DNA from: Rhynchopus sp. YZ270_cl-10
Taxonomy: Eukaryota
Length of the DNA: 64,000 nt
Direction of reading: 5' to 3'
Assembly: GCA_964035575.1 (NCBI GenBank)
Contig: OZ037834.1
Span: 372,001-436,000, forward strand
Shown here piece after piece: positions 52,082 through 63,188 of the stretch; the first letter of the stretch is position 1; each line of letters begins with the position of its first letter. The notes under the pieces are model-generated. The model was not told the origin of the DNA. It made no database searches and saw only the letters and a program-made list of their open reading frames with translations. Both the position numbers and the translations under genes were made by a program.

Positions 52082-53179
52082 GGGAGGGGAGGAGGGGGGA
52101 GGGAGGTGGGAAAAAGGGGGGGTTTTTTTTTCGTTTCCTCTGACGTTGCCGGAAAAAGTGGAAAAGTGGAGATTTGCACAACTGTGGCGACACAGTCGAG
52201 GTAATTACACTACTCCAACAAATTATCAAAAAGCGAATGTGTTTAACGGGTATACCTTCTATGCTGCATTGTAATTTAAAAAAAAAACGTTTTGAAGGGA
52301 GGAAGGTCTGACTGACTTGGTTAGATTTTTTTTCCCCCTTCAATTTTTATGGATCCCGTGAAGAGAAAAAAAAAAAATATTGGTCGTCAAAACAAATCAG
52401 ACAATTTTTTTTTCTCGTTCAAAAATGTCTTTTTTGGCAAGATTTGTGATGTGCTTCCGTGTAGCCTATATAAAATGATGGGGGGTGATTGGAGGTGGGG
52501 GTGTGGAAAGAAATAACCCCCCCACCGCCATAAAATAACATTGATGTACAGACCCTATTAGCCCCAAGCTGGCTCTTAGGCGGTTGTCGATACAATACTA
52601 ACATCCAAAACGTTTGCACCAGGGCATTTTACTATTTTTTTAAAAAAGCCCTGTGTTTTTATATAGTATGGTGACTAAGCACAACGAGGCTTAGGATCAT
52701 CTGAATAAAAAGCATTTTTCTTTTATAGATGTGTGCGCACGAGAGGTACGTTCATCTTTCATTTTTTTTTTTCTCTTCTTTTATTCACCCCTTTGTTTCA
52801 CCGAGGGCGCTTTGCACTTTCCCTGTTCTCTTTTTTTTTTCGTTTCTCAAAAAGGTGGCCAAAACACAGAGAGGCTTATGATTCCCCTAGAGTGTGCTCC
52901 ACTATGGGTGTGGCTGAAAGGGGGTACTATTTTTGTGCTATTTTGTGCTACTTTCTGCTATTTCCTCTATTTTGGGGTCGGCCACATCAACTATACTATT
53001 TTTTTCTATTTTTTTTTCAACTCCACATCCCCCTTTCCCCCCTTCGTCAGTGGGGAGGGCAGGTGTTGATCCACGGTCCCCTGATCCACGCATACGCTTG
53101 TTTTTGCCCGGATTGCAAAAAGCTACACTAAACGAAAAACACACGGCATTCCTTTCTCCCTTCCGAGAGTCCTCCCTCC

Positions 53180-53670
53180 CAGACTGCAGACTAAGAAATC
53201 ATTTAATTAATTACAATACCCACCCGGTTTTTTTTGAAAATGGGCCCCACGTATAAGCAACCGGGCTCATATTTCTCAAAATTTAAGTGGTCAAAAAATT
53301 GTCCAATTCTCGAGATTGACCCCACCACTGCACGGGCGGATCCCAAAAATGCAAATAAGGACCCTTTTCCACAACCTTCCTTCACCCCCCCGGTAGGGTA
53401 ACCGAAGGTGAAGTCAATATTACAAACCCGGGTTTTGAGGAAATTTTTGGCCGAAAATGGGCCCCAGCTATTAGTGACCGGGCTCATATTGTCCAAAATA
53501 TAAGTCATTAAAATTGTGTCCATTTCTTCAGATTGACCCCACCACTGACTGGGATCGGCCCAAAAATGCAAATAACGGCGTTTTCGCCTGCATTGTTCGT
53601 TACGAAACCCCGTGCAGACTAGCATTTAATTAATTAATTACCAGACCCCCAATCCTTAGTCTGCAGACTG
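53180..53670. mobile_element. hAT-like MITE
   Basis: TIRs cagactgcagactaag / cttagtctgcagactg (15/16). Perfect 8-bp TSD CTCCCTCC (53172-53179, 53671-53678). It contains an internal ~215-bp direct duplication. Confidence 0.85.
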
Positions 53671-54031
53671 CTCCCTCCCCCCCTTTTTTTTAGCTCTATA
53701 ATAGCCTCTCCCACACATGCGAACTAGATCAGGATGGATGTCCCTGTGTTCGCAATGATCCTGACATTCATCTGATGAGGTGGAAGCGGGAGTAGCACAT
53801 TATCAGATGGAAATTCACGAAATGGATTGTAGGACTGCATGGTTAAGGTGTTCACCCCCCCTGTACAGCTGGTCATACTAAGGTACACTGTTAACAAGAG
53901 GGTTTTGTATTTCAAGGCAACTTTTTATTTGTGCTGTTTTCGGACAAAAAATCTAACCCACACCCCAACTCAGGTCTTGTTTTTTTTCTTTTTTCCCTCC
54001 TTCCTCTTCTGCTTCAGGGAGATACAACACA

Positions 54032-54256
54032 ATGTCAGAGCTGCGCCTGCCTGAATACTTCCCCTTGACTGTAAAGCCTTGCCACGAGGTTGCAGTTCCC
54101 TTCTTTCAGTGCTTCGAGACGAATGCGGTCATGCAGAATGAGGACGACAAGGACGCAGGACGGCGTGGACTCGCCGCGTGTGAAGAGGAGCTGCGCAAAT
54201 ACAAGACCTGCATGGACAAACACTCGCACCTCAGTAAGCACTACATGAAGGAGTAG
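54032..54256 (+). CDS. Small twin-CX9C (CHCH-like) protein, probably mitochondrial intermembrane space
   Basis: 74-aa ORF with C-HEVAVPFFQ-C and C-EEELRKYKT-C. It has coding-like composition and the ACAATG start context shared with neighbouring genes. Confidence 0.8.
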   Translation: MSELRLPEYFPLTVKPCHEVAVPFFQCFETNAVMQNEDDKDAGRRGLAACEEELRKYKTCMDKHSHLSKHYMKE

Positions 54257-54425
54257 TGTGCAAAAAGGAATGTGTGATTTTTTTTTGCAACAAAAAATAC
54301 ATCCAGCTAGACACAAAAATAACCCGGCTCGCTCAACGGAAGGGAAGGGTTTTGCGCCAATTGGGGTGTAAAGGGGTACGTCTCTGCCAATCGAGACGCG
54401 GGAGGGGGTTTTCGGGAGGTTTGGG

Positions 54426-54671
54426 GGGGAGTTTGGCGTGGAGGGGAGCAGCGGTACGATCTTTCCCACAGTAGGCGCAAGGTGTGTCCTAAGGCAAGCT
54501 CAGTGAGAACAGAAATCTCACGTAGTGCATAAAGGGTAAAAGCTTGCTCGATGCAGTGCTCTTCATTGTACCAAATACCCTCGGTGTGAAAGCATGGCCT
54601 AACGATACCTTTGGTCTCACTTCTGAGGGATGAAGCCGGAGTGACAGAAAAAAAATTAGGATAACTGGCTG
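54426..54671 (+). pseudogene. Degenerate 28S (LSU) rRNA fragment, domain V
   Basis: Colinear landmarks: GGGAGTTTG…GCGGTAC…GTGTCCTAAGGCAAGCTCAGTGAGAACAGAAATCTCACGTAG…AAGGGTAAAAGCTTGCT…GTGAAAGCATGGCCTAACGAT…GACAGAAAA…GGATAACTGGCT. There are indels at the edges. Confidence 0.88.
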
Positions 54672-55083
54672 GAAGATTGCTCGAAAATCATGATATTGGC
54701 TTTGTTTTCTATTGTCGTATTCCACATTTTTAGAGTCTACATTGTCGTTTCCCCTCGAAAAAATGACGGGCATGAACGCAAGGAGAACAGAAGAGGTGGG
54801 GGGAGCTTTTTCCATATGCCTTAGAACCATCCTACTAGAGGGTGTGGCTCGATGGGATGACGGTTGCAAAGACAATAGAGCTGATTTGATGGGTTCTGCA
54901 GCATTTGAGAGGATGGTGATTTTCAGTGTTGTGAATATGTCTACGGTTTAAAAAAAAAAACAATGCCTTCTCTTGGTGACTACATCATTAAAATAACGCT
55001 GCTTTGATGGGCCGTTGTTGTTGTTGTTGTTGTTCTAGGAAGACATTTTCCCCTTTTCTGTTTGAATTGAAACACAAAGGTGA

Positions 55084-55126
55084 GTGACGAAGCACAGAGA
55101 GTCTTAGGGTCATCTTATAAACTTTT
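55084..55126 (+). repeat. Dispersed repeat family H (GTGACxAAGCACAGAGAGxCTTAGGGTCATCTTATAAACTTT)
   Basis: Copies or remnants at 55084-55126, 52671-52702, ~46952-46975, ~44398-44422 and ~55425-55468, plus 57080-57105 with 57979-58000 (split by a hAT insertion). Confidence 0.7.
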
Positions 55127-55917
55127 CTTTTGATACAAACCAAGAAATGGATTGTAGGACTGCATGGTTTGGGTGTCCACCCGGTACAGTCATACCAAAG
55201 GTACACTGTTCACGAGAGGGGCTTTGTATTGCAACTCTACTTTCTTTCCCCCCATGTACACCCATCACACGATGCTCATGCTCGAACAACCACGTTGAAC
55301 GTGCCAAAAAAAAAATAGGATAAACTCTGGCTGGGGGTTTTACATTATCCCCGACCACACCCTTTTTTTTGTGCAAGATGACACAGCTGATGCTGTGCGA
55401 TAAAACGATTTGTGTTCAAAAGGTAGCTAACCACAGCAAGGCTTTAGGGCCTTCTTCATGAACCCTTTTTTTTTTCTTTTTCTTTTTGGTGAAAATACAC
55501 AAAAAAAAGGCACCCTGAACCCGTTCTTCCTGCACCCCCTCCCTCTTTTGTTTTGATGGTGAGGAAGCAAGAGCCCTGTAGGGGTGTGTCTCTTAGCGTC
55601 CCTCTTCCCTCCTCTGGATTGCTTCGTTGTTGTTGTTGTTGTTGTTATCGTCGTCTTCCTCTTGCAGGAGTCTTCCTCCTTCTCTCTCTTCCGCTTCACT
55701 CCTCTGGGCACGACGCGCTTCTTTTCGCCCCACTTCGTCGTGGGTTTTGAGAAAATAACCCATGTGAAAATTCACTTCAAAAAAAACCACACCATACAGC
55801 ACTCTCTACACAAGAGAAAAAAACTCCCCTCTCCTTCTCTCCACCCCCGGGTTTTTGCCTCTTCTTTTTTTCTTACTCTCTTTTTGCTTTTTGTTTTTGT
55901 TTTTTTGTAACACCACA

Positions 55918-56926
55918 ATGCAGCGTCTATTCGGTAAATCCTCTGCAAAAACCAATGTCCCTGCACCGACCATCGAGGACACTCAGGACCGTATGGACAA
56001 GCGTGTCGGGTCTGTCGACACAAAAATCCAAAAGATGGATCAGGATTTGGCAAAGCTAAGTGACCAGATTAAGAGGGCCCGCCCTGGACCTGCACAGAAC
56101 CGTCTAAAGCAGAGGGCGATGCAGATCCTGAAGCAGAAGAAGATGTACGAAGGGCAGAGGGACCAGATTGAGACCCAGAAGTTTAACATGGACGAAATGG
56201 CGTTTGCGATGGAAACGGTGCGCGACACACATGAGCACGTGTCATGTCTCAAGAGCACGGCGCAGCAGCTCAAAACAGAGCACAAAAAGCTTGATGTAGG
56301 CGACGTAGAACGTCTGCAAGACGAACTGCAAGACCTTTACGACGACAACCAGGAGATTCAGGAAATCCTTGGGCGGAACTACGCGGTGCAGGATGACATT
56401 GACGACGACGAGCTGGAGGCGGAGCTGGCAGGCTTGGAAGACGACCTGTTGTGCAAGTATGTAACCTCCACGTCTTATTACAGCAATGTTGTTCCTTATA
56501 CCTATGCTTTCAATTTATTGAATTGGGGTGTTGGATGAATGGGGGCGCAAAAAAAGTTCGCAGAAAAGTGCGAATCACCCTCGAATTTTTTTTGATGTGG
56601 GGTGGAAAAAGCAAGAAGTGCGCATCACTCCGCTTCAGCCACACCATGGATTGCATATGTTGGAATACATAGGACAACTGACTACACGGTAATTTTTTAG
56701 TAGCCGCATGCCATTGGTTCAAGTCAACTTTCTTTTTTTTTTGACTTTTGTTTTCCCCTCTACTGCCCAGTCATGTCAAGCTCACACCACCCCACCACCA
56801 CCCCCCCACAGCAACGATGCTTCCTACCTTGACGACGCACTCGCAATGCCCTCTGGTGACCTGCCTGCAACAACCACTGCAGAAGAAACTGACCCAACTA
56901 GACTCGAACAACAACTAGGCCTGTAG
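55918..56926 (+). CDS. VPS60: ESCRT-III protein Vps60/CHMP5 (Snf7 family)
   Basis: Exons 55918-56456 and 56812-56926 (phase 2). Motifs: MQRLFGK, LKQRAMQILKQKKMYEGQRDQ, QEIQEILGRNY, DIDDDELEAEL, and spliced DASYLDDAL. Confidence 0.92.
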
Positions 56927-57105
56927 AGGGAGGGTTAGCTTCTCTTTGTCTTGTGTGTGTTTCTTTTTTTTTTATACTTTTTCGAGGTTGAGCAGTGAGA
57001 GAGAGAGAGAGGGAACGACAAATGACACTTTGTATTTTGGACAAGATATTTTGAGAAGGGTTTTTTTTTCTTCTCTGAGGTGACCCCAAGAGGCTTAGGG
57101 TCATC

Positions 57106-57978
57106 CAGTGGTCGCGCTAATTATGGGAAAAAATGGGGGAAAAATGGATTTCGGGTACGGAAAAACGTTCCTTGAAAAGGTTAGCTGGGGAGGCCCGGAA
57201 ACCCCGTTTTGTGGCATTTCCGGGCCAATCCCGGCTTGTGGTGGGGTATATACGGAAAAATGGACAAAATTTTAGTGACTTAAATTTTCGCAAAATATGA
57301 ACCCATACTCGTAAACAAGGGTCATTTTCAGGAAAATTCGGAAAATTCCGAGATTTGGAAGCAATTTTTCTCCTGAAAATCAGTGGGTTTTCAGCCTCAA
57401 AACATACCGCGATTGGAATTTCCGGAATCCGTCCGCGCTGTGGTGGGGTCACTTTGCCGAAATGGCCAATTTTTTGGTTTTGGTCAAAATCCATGTAGGG
57501 TAAAGAGGGCCAATGTAAATCCCACAACCAGATTTTCTCTCCCTGATCCTGACGTCTTGCAACATGAAAATGCGCGAAAACACCGGCATTTGCATTTCCG
57601 GAATTCGTCCGTTCTGTGGTGGGGTCAATTTGCCGAAATGGACAAGTTCTTGGTTTTGGTCAAAACCCGTAAGTGTAAGGTAAAGGGGGCAAGTGTTTGC
57701 CTGTAGAAACTGGAAGGGAACAGGCAGCGCCGCAGGCGCACGGTAACCAACTTTTTTTTTTTTCCTTTTCTTTTTTCTCCTCTTTCTTTTGACTTTCCGA
57801 GCCAATTGCGTTCCACGGCGGGGTCACATGCATATGCAAGTCCACTATGTGGTGGTCTTACTCAACAATATTAGAACTTCTGGTTTCTTAATGAAATCCC
57901 CGTACTGCAAAAAAAAAACGTTCCTACCAAAACCCCCAAAAATCCCGGGATGAGGGATGGACTTTAGCGCGAGCTCTG
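57106..57978. mobile_element. hAT-like non-autonomous element inserted into a family-H repeat
   Basis: TIRs cagtggtcgcgctaa / ttagcgcgagctctg (13/15). Perfect 8-bp TSD GGGTCATC (57098-57105, 57979-57986). Removing the element restores cttagggtcatcttataaacttt, which is seen intact at ~55103-55125. Confidence 0.88.
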
Positions 57979-58038
57979 GGGTCATCTTATAAACTTTTTT
58001 TTTGTCGCACAACTACCCCCCATTGCATCCCCCCCCCC

Positions 58039-59224
58039 TAGGAGATACGACTCCAGCCATTTTGGCTGGGACCAAACGCACGGAAAATTCATTTGGCATT
58101 ATCTGGCCATCTCCAAGGCAACTGCGGGTGAAAAACACCCTCAGAGTGGGTCACAGGGGGCCTGTGGGTCGAAAAACGACCCAGAAGCCACCCCAGAATA
58201 CAAAAAAATGGAAAAAAATAGTGAAAAAACGGCTTTTTTCACGTTTTGGCCACTTTGGGCAAAATAGCGATTTTTCGAGAAAAAAATCAAAAACCGGGAT
58301 ATTTTTTGACATCACAAAGCCTCCTTTGGCACAAATATACCCCAAAAGTGGCCTGTGAGTCCATTCCAACCTGTTTTGGACATATTTGACACTTTTGGAA
58401 GTGTTTTTTTGGTGTTTTTAGGTCAAAAAAATGCCCAAGACGTCCCCAAGACATCCCCAAGACACTTTGCACACCCCCTGTTACGGTCATATTTTTTTCG
58501 TTTTTTTGCCTGAAACCCCCAAAATACCCCTCCCGGACCCCACATAGTCCCGAATATCCATCACACACCCACTCAGAGTGAGTAGAAGCACCCCAAAAAA
58601 AATATTTTTTAAAGCCCTTCAACTTCAACATGGATGCTGCCGAAACTGAAGCACAATTTTAGGGCTTTAAAAAATATTTTTTTTGGGGTGCTTCTACTCA
58701 CTCTGAGTGGGTGTGTGATGGATATTCGGGACTATGTGGGGTCCGGGAGGGGTATTTTGGGGGTTTCAGGCAAAAAAAACGAAAAAAATATGACCGTAAC
58801 AGGGGGTGTGTCTTGGGGATGTCTTGGGGACGTCTTGGGCATTTTTTTGACCTAAAAACACCAAAAAAACACTTCCAAAAGTGTCAAATATGTCCAAAAC
58901 AGGTTGGAATGGACTCACAGGCCACTTTTGGGGTATATTTGTGCCAAAGGAGGCTTTGTGATGTCAAAAAATATCCCGGTTTTTGATTTTTTTCTCGAAA
59001 AATCGCTATTTTGCCCAAAGTGGCCAAAACGTGAAAAAAGCCGTTTTTTCACTATTTTTTTCCATTTTTTTGTATTCTGGGGTGGCTTCTGGGTCGTTTT
59101 TCGACCCACAGGCCCCCTGTGACCCACTCTGAGGGTGTTTTTCACCCGCAGTTGCCTTGGAGATGACCAGATAATGCCAAATGAATTTTCCGTGCGCAAA
59201 AAATGGCTGGAGTCGTACCCCCTA
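58039..59224. mobile_element. Foldback/palindromic element: arms 58039-58618 and 58661-59224, 42-bp spacer
   Basis: The arms are near-perfect reverse complements with a few indels. Termini are TAGGAGATACGACTCCAGCC / GGCTGGAGTCGTACCCCCTA. Poly-C on both flanks is a possible TSD. Confidence 0.88.
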
Positions 59225-59855
59225 CCCCCCCCCCCCCCCCCCACCCTGAATGCTCCCCCGTGGGTTTCAATCACCAAGTATCTTTGTTTCGCTCATATTT
59301 TTTTTCCCCCTCTGCCCACTGGTAGCGTCACCCCCCGCCTTACATTCTGGTAAAAGGAAATTGAATTGGCGGTGTGGCTTTATTTGTGATTTTCACATTG
59401 GCTTTGCAGTGAAATCACAAAGGAAAATCCACAAATTAAGTCAATTTACTTCACTTCATTATGTAGTCCGGGACCTTAGCCCCCCCCATCCTTCTTTTAT
59501 CCCCTCCAAAAGCACTGCGAAGGCCCCAGTTTATCTTACCAAAAAACACCCTTTTCTTTGTTATGAGTTTACCCCCCCTGCTTCCCCCACCCACCCTTTC
59601 TGAAAATGTTGAACAGCCAACCCCCTACTTTGCTTGATGCAAAACAAAAAACAAAAATTGTGTCCAGAGAGAACTAGCCTGGTTGGTTTGAAGGATTGGG
59701 TGCGAGAGAATTTTTTTTTTTTTTTGTTGCTGTTTTTTATTTATTTTGAGTTATGTGCACGAGAGGCACATTCGTCTCACAAAAAAAGGGGTTTTTTTTT
59801 TTTAAAGTCTGGCTATGCATTGAGAGTCTGATTGATTGATTGATTGATTGGCCTA

Positions 59856-59929
59856 CACGATGGCCCAGCGGACCCTTTTGGGGGTACCCCCCGCGGACCC
59901 TACCCTGAGGGTGGTAATGGGCCACCGTG
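59856..59929. mobile_element. Tiny Tc1/mariner-type MITE
   Basis: TA|cacgatggccca … tgggccaccgtg|TA: 12-bp TIR with 1 mismatch and a TA TSD. Confidence 0.6.
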
Positions 59930-60720
59930 TATAACTGACTTTTTCGTTTTTCTTCTTCTTCAATTTTCCCTCTATCTCTCTCCCAATCCCCGTTCACCCA
60001 CACCCCCCCTCCTGAATTATAGATGCAAAGAAGTATTGCATCTCGAATGGCATTCCCAAGGGTGTTTGCGCCTTACCTCACCCCCCCCTGCCTTTTTTTA
60101 TAATAGGTCCAAGCTATCCGCCTATGAAAAGAAGAGTTTTTTTTTTTGTGACAACACAATTATTGTAGTGTTTTTTGGGTTGCATTTAGCTAGTGAACCC
60201 CTTCGTTTTGAAGACGCCAGTCAAGGTGGAGAGTTTTTGGCTGAGCCCTGGGGCGGTTTTCAAAAAATCTGACAGTGGAGATTTGCACAAACTGTGGCAA
60301 CACTACCGAGGCAAACTACACTACTCCAACAATTTATGAAAAAATAATAGGAGGAGGTGAAGTGTTTAGTATAGTGGAGCACACTCTAGGGTGGCTACAC
60401 TAATACAACAAAGTTTTCAAAAAAAAAAAAACAAAAAATAAAGACTAAAAAAGGAGGGCTAGAAATGGTGAGGGGGGGAAGAAGTTCAACCGTACCAGAA
60501 AATTAAAGTTTTTTTTTTAAAAAAAACCCTCGCCCCGGGCCCAATCCCGCTCCCCTTATCTGACTTTTTTTTATATACTGTGCGCAAAAATACTACCCAA
60601 AAATAAAGCCAACGAAAGGGTTTTTTTTGTATTTCAAGTCAAAACTTTTATCCTCCCCCTCCCTCCACACTTCTCCTCATCAGGTCTCTGATAATTCAAA
60701 AATCAGATTTCAAAAAAAAA

Positions 60721-61644
60721 ATGGCGACTGTAATTGTGCCTACACATACCCCATTTCGTCGGAGTGATGCTTTTACGCCTGTTGCGAGGAGAATACCGTC
60801 GAAGGAGCGTTGTGTTAAAGAAATGGCAAATGATGTGCCACGTGCACGGAGTAATAGTGGGAGTCGAAGGAGGACGGCTTCTGCTTCGCATCGGAGCATG
60901 AGCAGTAATAGAGGGAAGAGCCCGGTACGTCCTCCTCCGCAGTTTAGTTTCAGCTCTGCCCCTGCCCGCGCTCCAGGCTGGAGCAAACAACACCACAAAG
61001 GCAAATACACCCCATTTCCAGAACGCACCCAATCTACCACCTACGCACACCCAAGACAACGTAGCGAATCGCCTCCCCCATCATACCGGCACCGCCCCAC
61101 TGTCAGCGCCTCACCATCTCGCCCGCCCGCCACCCCTTCCCGACGCACCGTATCCCCTCTGCGAACCCCTTCCCCAAGAAGAGGGTCTCCAACCAGAACG
61201 GCAAGCAGTTCTCGCGCGAAGCATGTGGTCCCGCTGCCGGGGAGTGTGAGGGTTTGTGGGAGGAGGAGTGTGTCTCCGGTGGGGGTGACGGTCACGCTTC
61301 CGGTAAAATTGGGGAAGGTGCAGAAGGCGCCGATGCCAGCTTCAATGGAGGAAATGAAGAAGGCGAAGTTCCCTAGACGGCAGGAAAAGCGAGAGGGTAA
61401 AGGGGAGGGGGAGGAAAACGGGGGGGTGTCGCCAACAACCGCAGGGAAGGCGCATCTGCGGCTGTTGGTAGAGAGTGGCGGGGGTGGGGTGGAGGTGAGC
61501 AGCGGGCAGTCCTACACCGCACTGCTGTGGGCGGTGGCGACGGAGCAGTACCGCCAGCGGACAAAGCACCTCCACGTCCAGACGCTCTCCTCCCTGGTCC
61601 GCACAACGACACCGTTTGCAACGGTCCTCGCGAGGTGTCTCTAA
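60721..61644 (+). CDS. Hypothetical Ser/Arg/Pro-rich low-complexity protein (307 aa)
   Basis: Intact ATG-TAA ORF in a GC-rich island within AT-rich DNA, on the same strand as all other genes. No recognisable domain. Confidence 0.6.
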   Translation: MATVIVPTHTPFRRSDAFTPVARRIPSKERCVKEMANDVPRARSNSGSRRRTASASHRSMSSNRGKSPVRPPPQFSFSSAPARAPGWSKQHHKGKYTPFPERTQSTTYAHPRQRSESPPPSYRHRPTVSASPSRPPATPSRRTVSPLRTPSPRRGSPTRTASSSRAKHVVPLPGSVRVCGRRSVSPVGVTVTLPVKLGKVQKAPMPASMEEMKKAKFPRRQEKREGKGEGEENGGVSPTTAGKAHLRLLVESGGGGVEVSSGQSYTALLWAVATEQYRQRTKHLHVQTLSSLVRTTTPFATVLARCL

Positions 61645-61698
61645 TGAGAGCGGAGGGGAGGAGATAAAAAAATGGTAGTGTTTGTGTGTATTGTGGCG

Positions 61699-61795
61699 AA
61701 TAGGGGGTAAATTCTTGTGTAGAATATGACCTAAAAAAGGTGTGTTTGAGAAGAGGTGGAGGTTATCCCTAGGCAGTCGGAATATAACCCATGGA

Positions 61796-61838
<43 letters not shown>

Positions 61839-61969
61839 ATAACGGGGTAATTCTTGCTCAGAATATGGCCCCAATGTGTGTGTGTGTGTGTGTGTGTGTG
61901 TTCGACAACTAATAGGGGGTAATTCTTGTGTAGAGTATGGCCCCAAGAAGGTGTGTGTGTGTGTGTGTG
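61699..61969. repeat. Compound minisatellite: GGTAATTCTTG…AGAATATG(A/G)CC units alternating with (GT)n
   Basis: Three clear units and one degenerate unit, each followed by a GT tract. Confidence 0.75.
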
Positions 61970-63188
61970 ACTCTTCCCAAATAAATCGTCTTTTCGTTCT
62001 CGCGTAGGTTTTTTTTGGTGAGAATCGCTGTTTTTTTTTGAGGGGATGTTATAATGGGGTATTGTAGGTGTTGACCTGGTGTTGTCAACACACAACATTG
62101 CTTTAGAGCGTCTCGGTTCGATAAAAGGCAAATGTGATGCTTCTATTAGGTTCGTCTAACCCACATTTTTTTTTTTTTTTTGCATTTTTTTGTGGTGCGT
62201 CTATGTGCGAGAAAGGCATATCATATTGCCAACTTTTTTTTTACGTTCATGAAGGTTCATACAACCGTGCCTGGGATAGGAGGTGCTTAGGGGCATACCC
62301 CCTCGGGGAAAAATTCGAAAAACGTTGGTGATGGCATAGTTGCATGGGGGAAGGGGAGGGAGAGAGGGAGGGAGGGTTTTTTTTTAAAGGTACTACACAC
62401 TAAATACGCAAGAAGTACGCAATGTGGGGTCGTCAGGAGCACCAAACAACTTTATTTTTTGTTCTCTCTCTCTTTCTTGCCCTTTTATTGCGGATGTGGT
62501 ATTGCCAGAATAAGGCACATCTCCATCTTACAGGGTTCCTTTTTGGAGGAATGCTATCAATTCATTGAAATGTATATCGTCGAAATATTTGCAAGCACAC
62601 TGTGTAGACGGGCCTTTGTATTTCAAAGCCAACCTTTGTTTGTATCCATGCTCCCCTCCATCTCTCCCGTGCCTGAAATTATAGAATTTAACTTCTATTT
62701 GATCAAAAAAAAAAAAAAAATAACCCCATCTCTCCCTCTCCCTCCTCCCCGCCCACCCCGCTGTCATATGCTGCTGTTCAAGACCACCCTCCCTCCCCCC
62801 ATATGTGATTTTTTTTTTTTGATAAAACAACTTGTTGTCAAATTCTAAGATTGGAGGGCAGCGCTGCGGGGCAAACAAAAAACGGATTGAAAAATAATAT
62901 TTTTTATCGTGTAATTTTTGACTCGTGTACAAATCCTTCAGGAAGAACCAAAAATTATAATCTGGGAGCGTGTAATTATTACCAAGCGTGTAATTATGAA
63001 TCGTTAGCGATTTGCGACCAAAAATGTCAGCCGTGTAATTATGGGTAATAATTACACGCTCAAACCCACTTTTGTTTCTCCCTCCACACACTCTTCAAAT
63101 CATCACCATCAGGTTTTTACAAACTTCTATTTTCTCTCTCTCCCCTCTTTTCTCAGTTTTTTTTAAAAAAGCAAACCAAATACACACA

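Noticed and set aside
53769..53825. Hammerhead-like CTGATGA…GAAA
   Set aside because: Stem II is out of register with the core, no stem I/III with an NUH site was found, and CTGATGA is sequestered in a simple hairpin (53769-53809).
55149..55242. Families B and D as HDV-like ribozymes or a 5S-derived SINE
   Set aside because: I could not build a complete P1/P1.1/P2/P3 topology by eye, and the 5S resemblance is limited to a short GTAC..CATAC stretch.
61699..61969. CRISPR-like repeat/spacer pattern
   Set aside because: The spacers are (GT)n microsatellites, the repeats are degenerate, the context is eukaryotic and there are no cas genes.
62852..63088. Possible MITE with GTGTAATTAT repeats
   Set aside because: The internal repeats are real, but the termini are too degenerate and no TSD was found.
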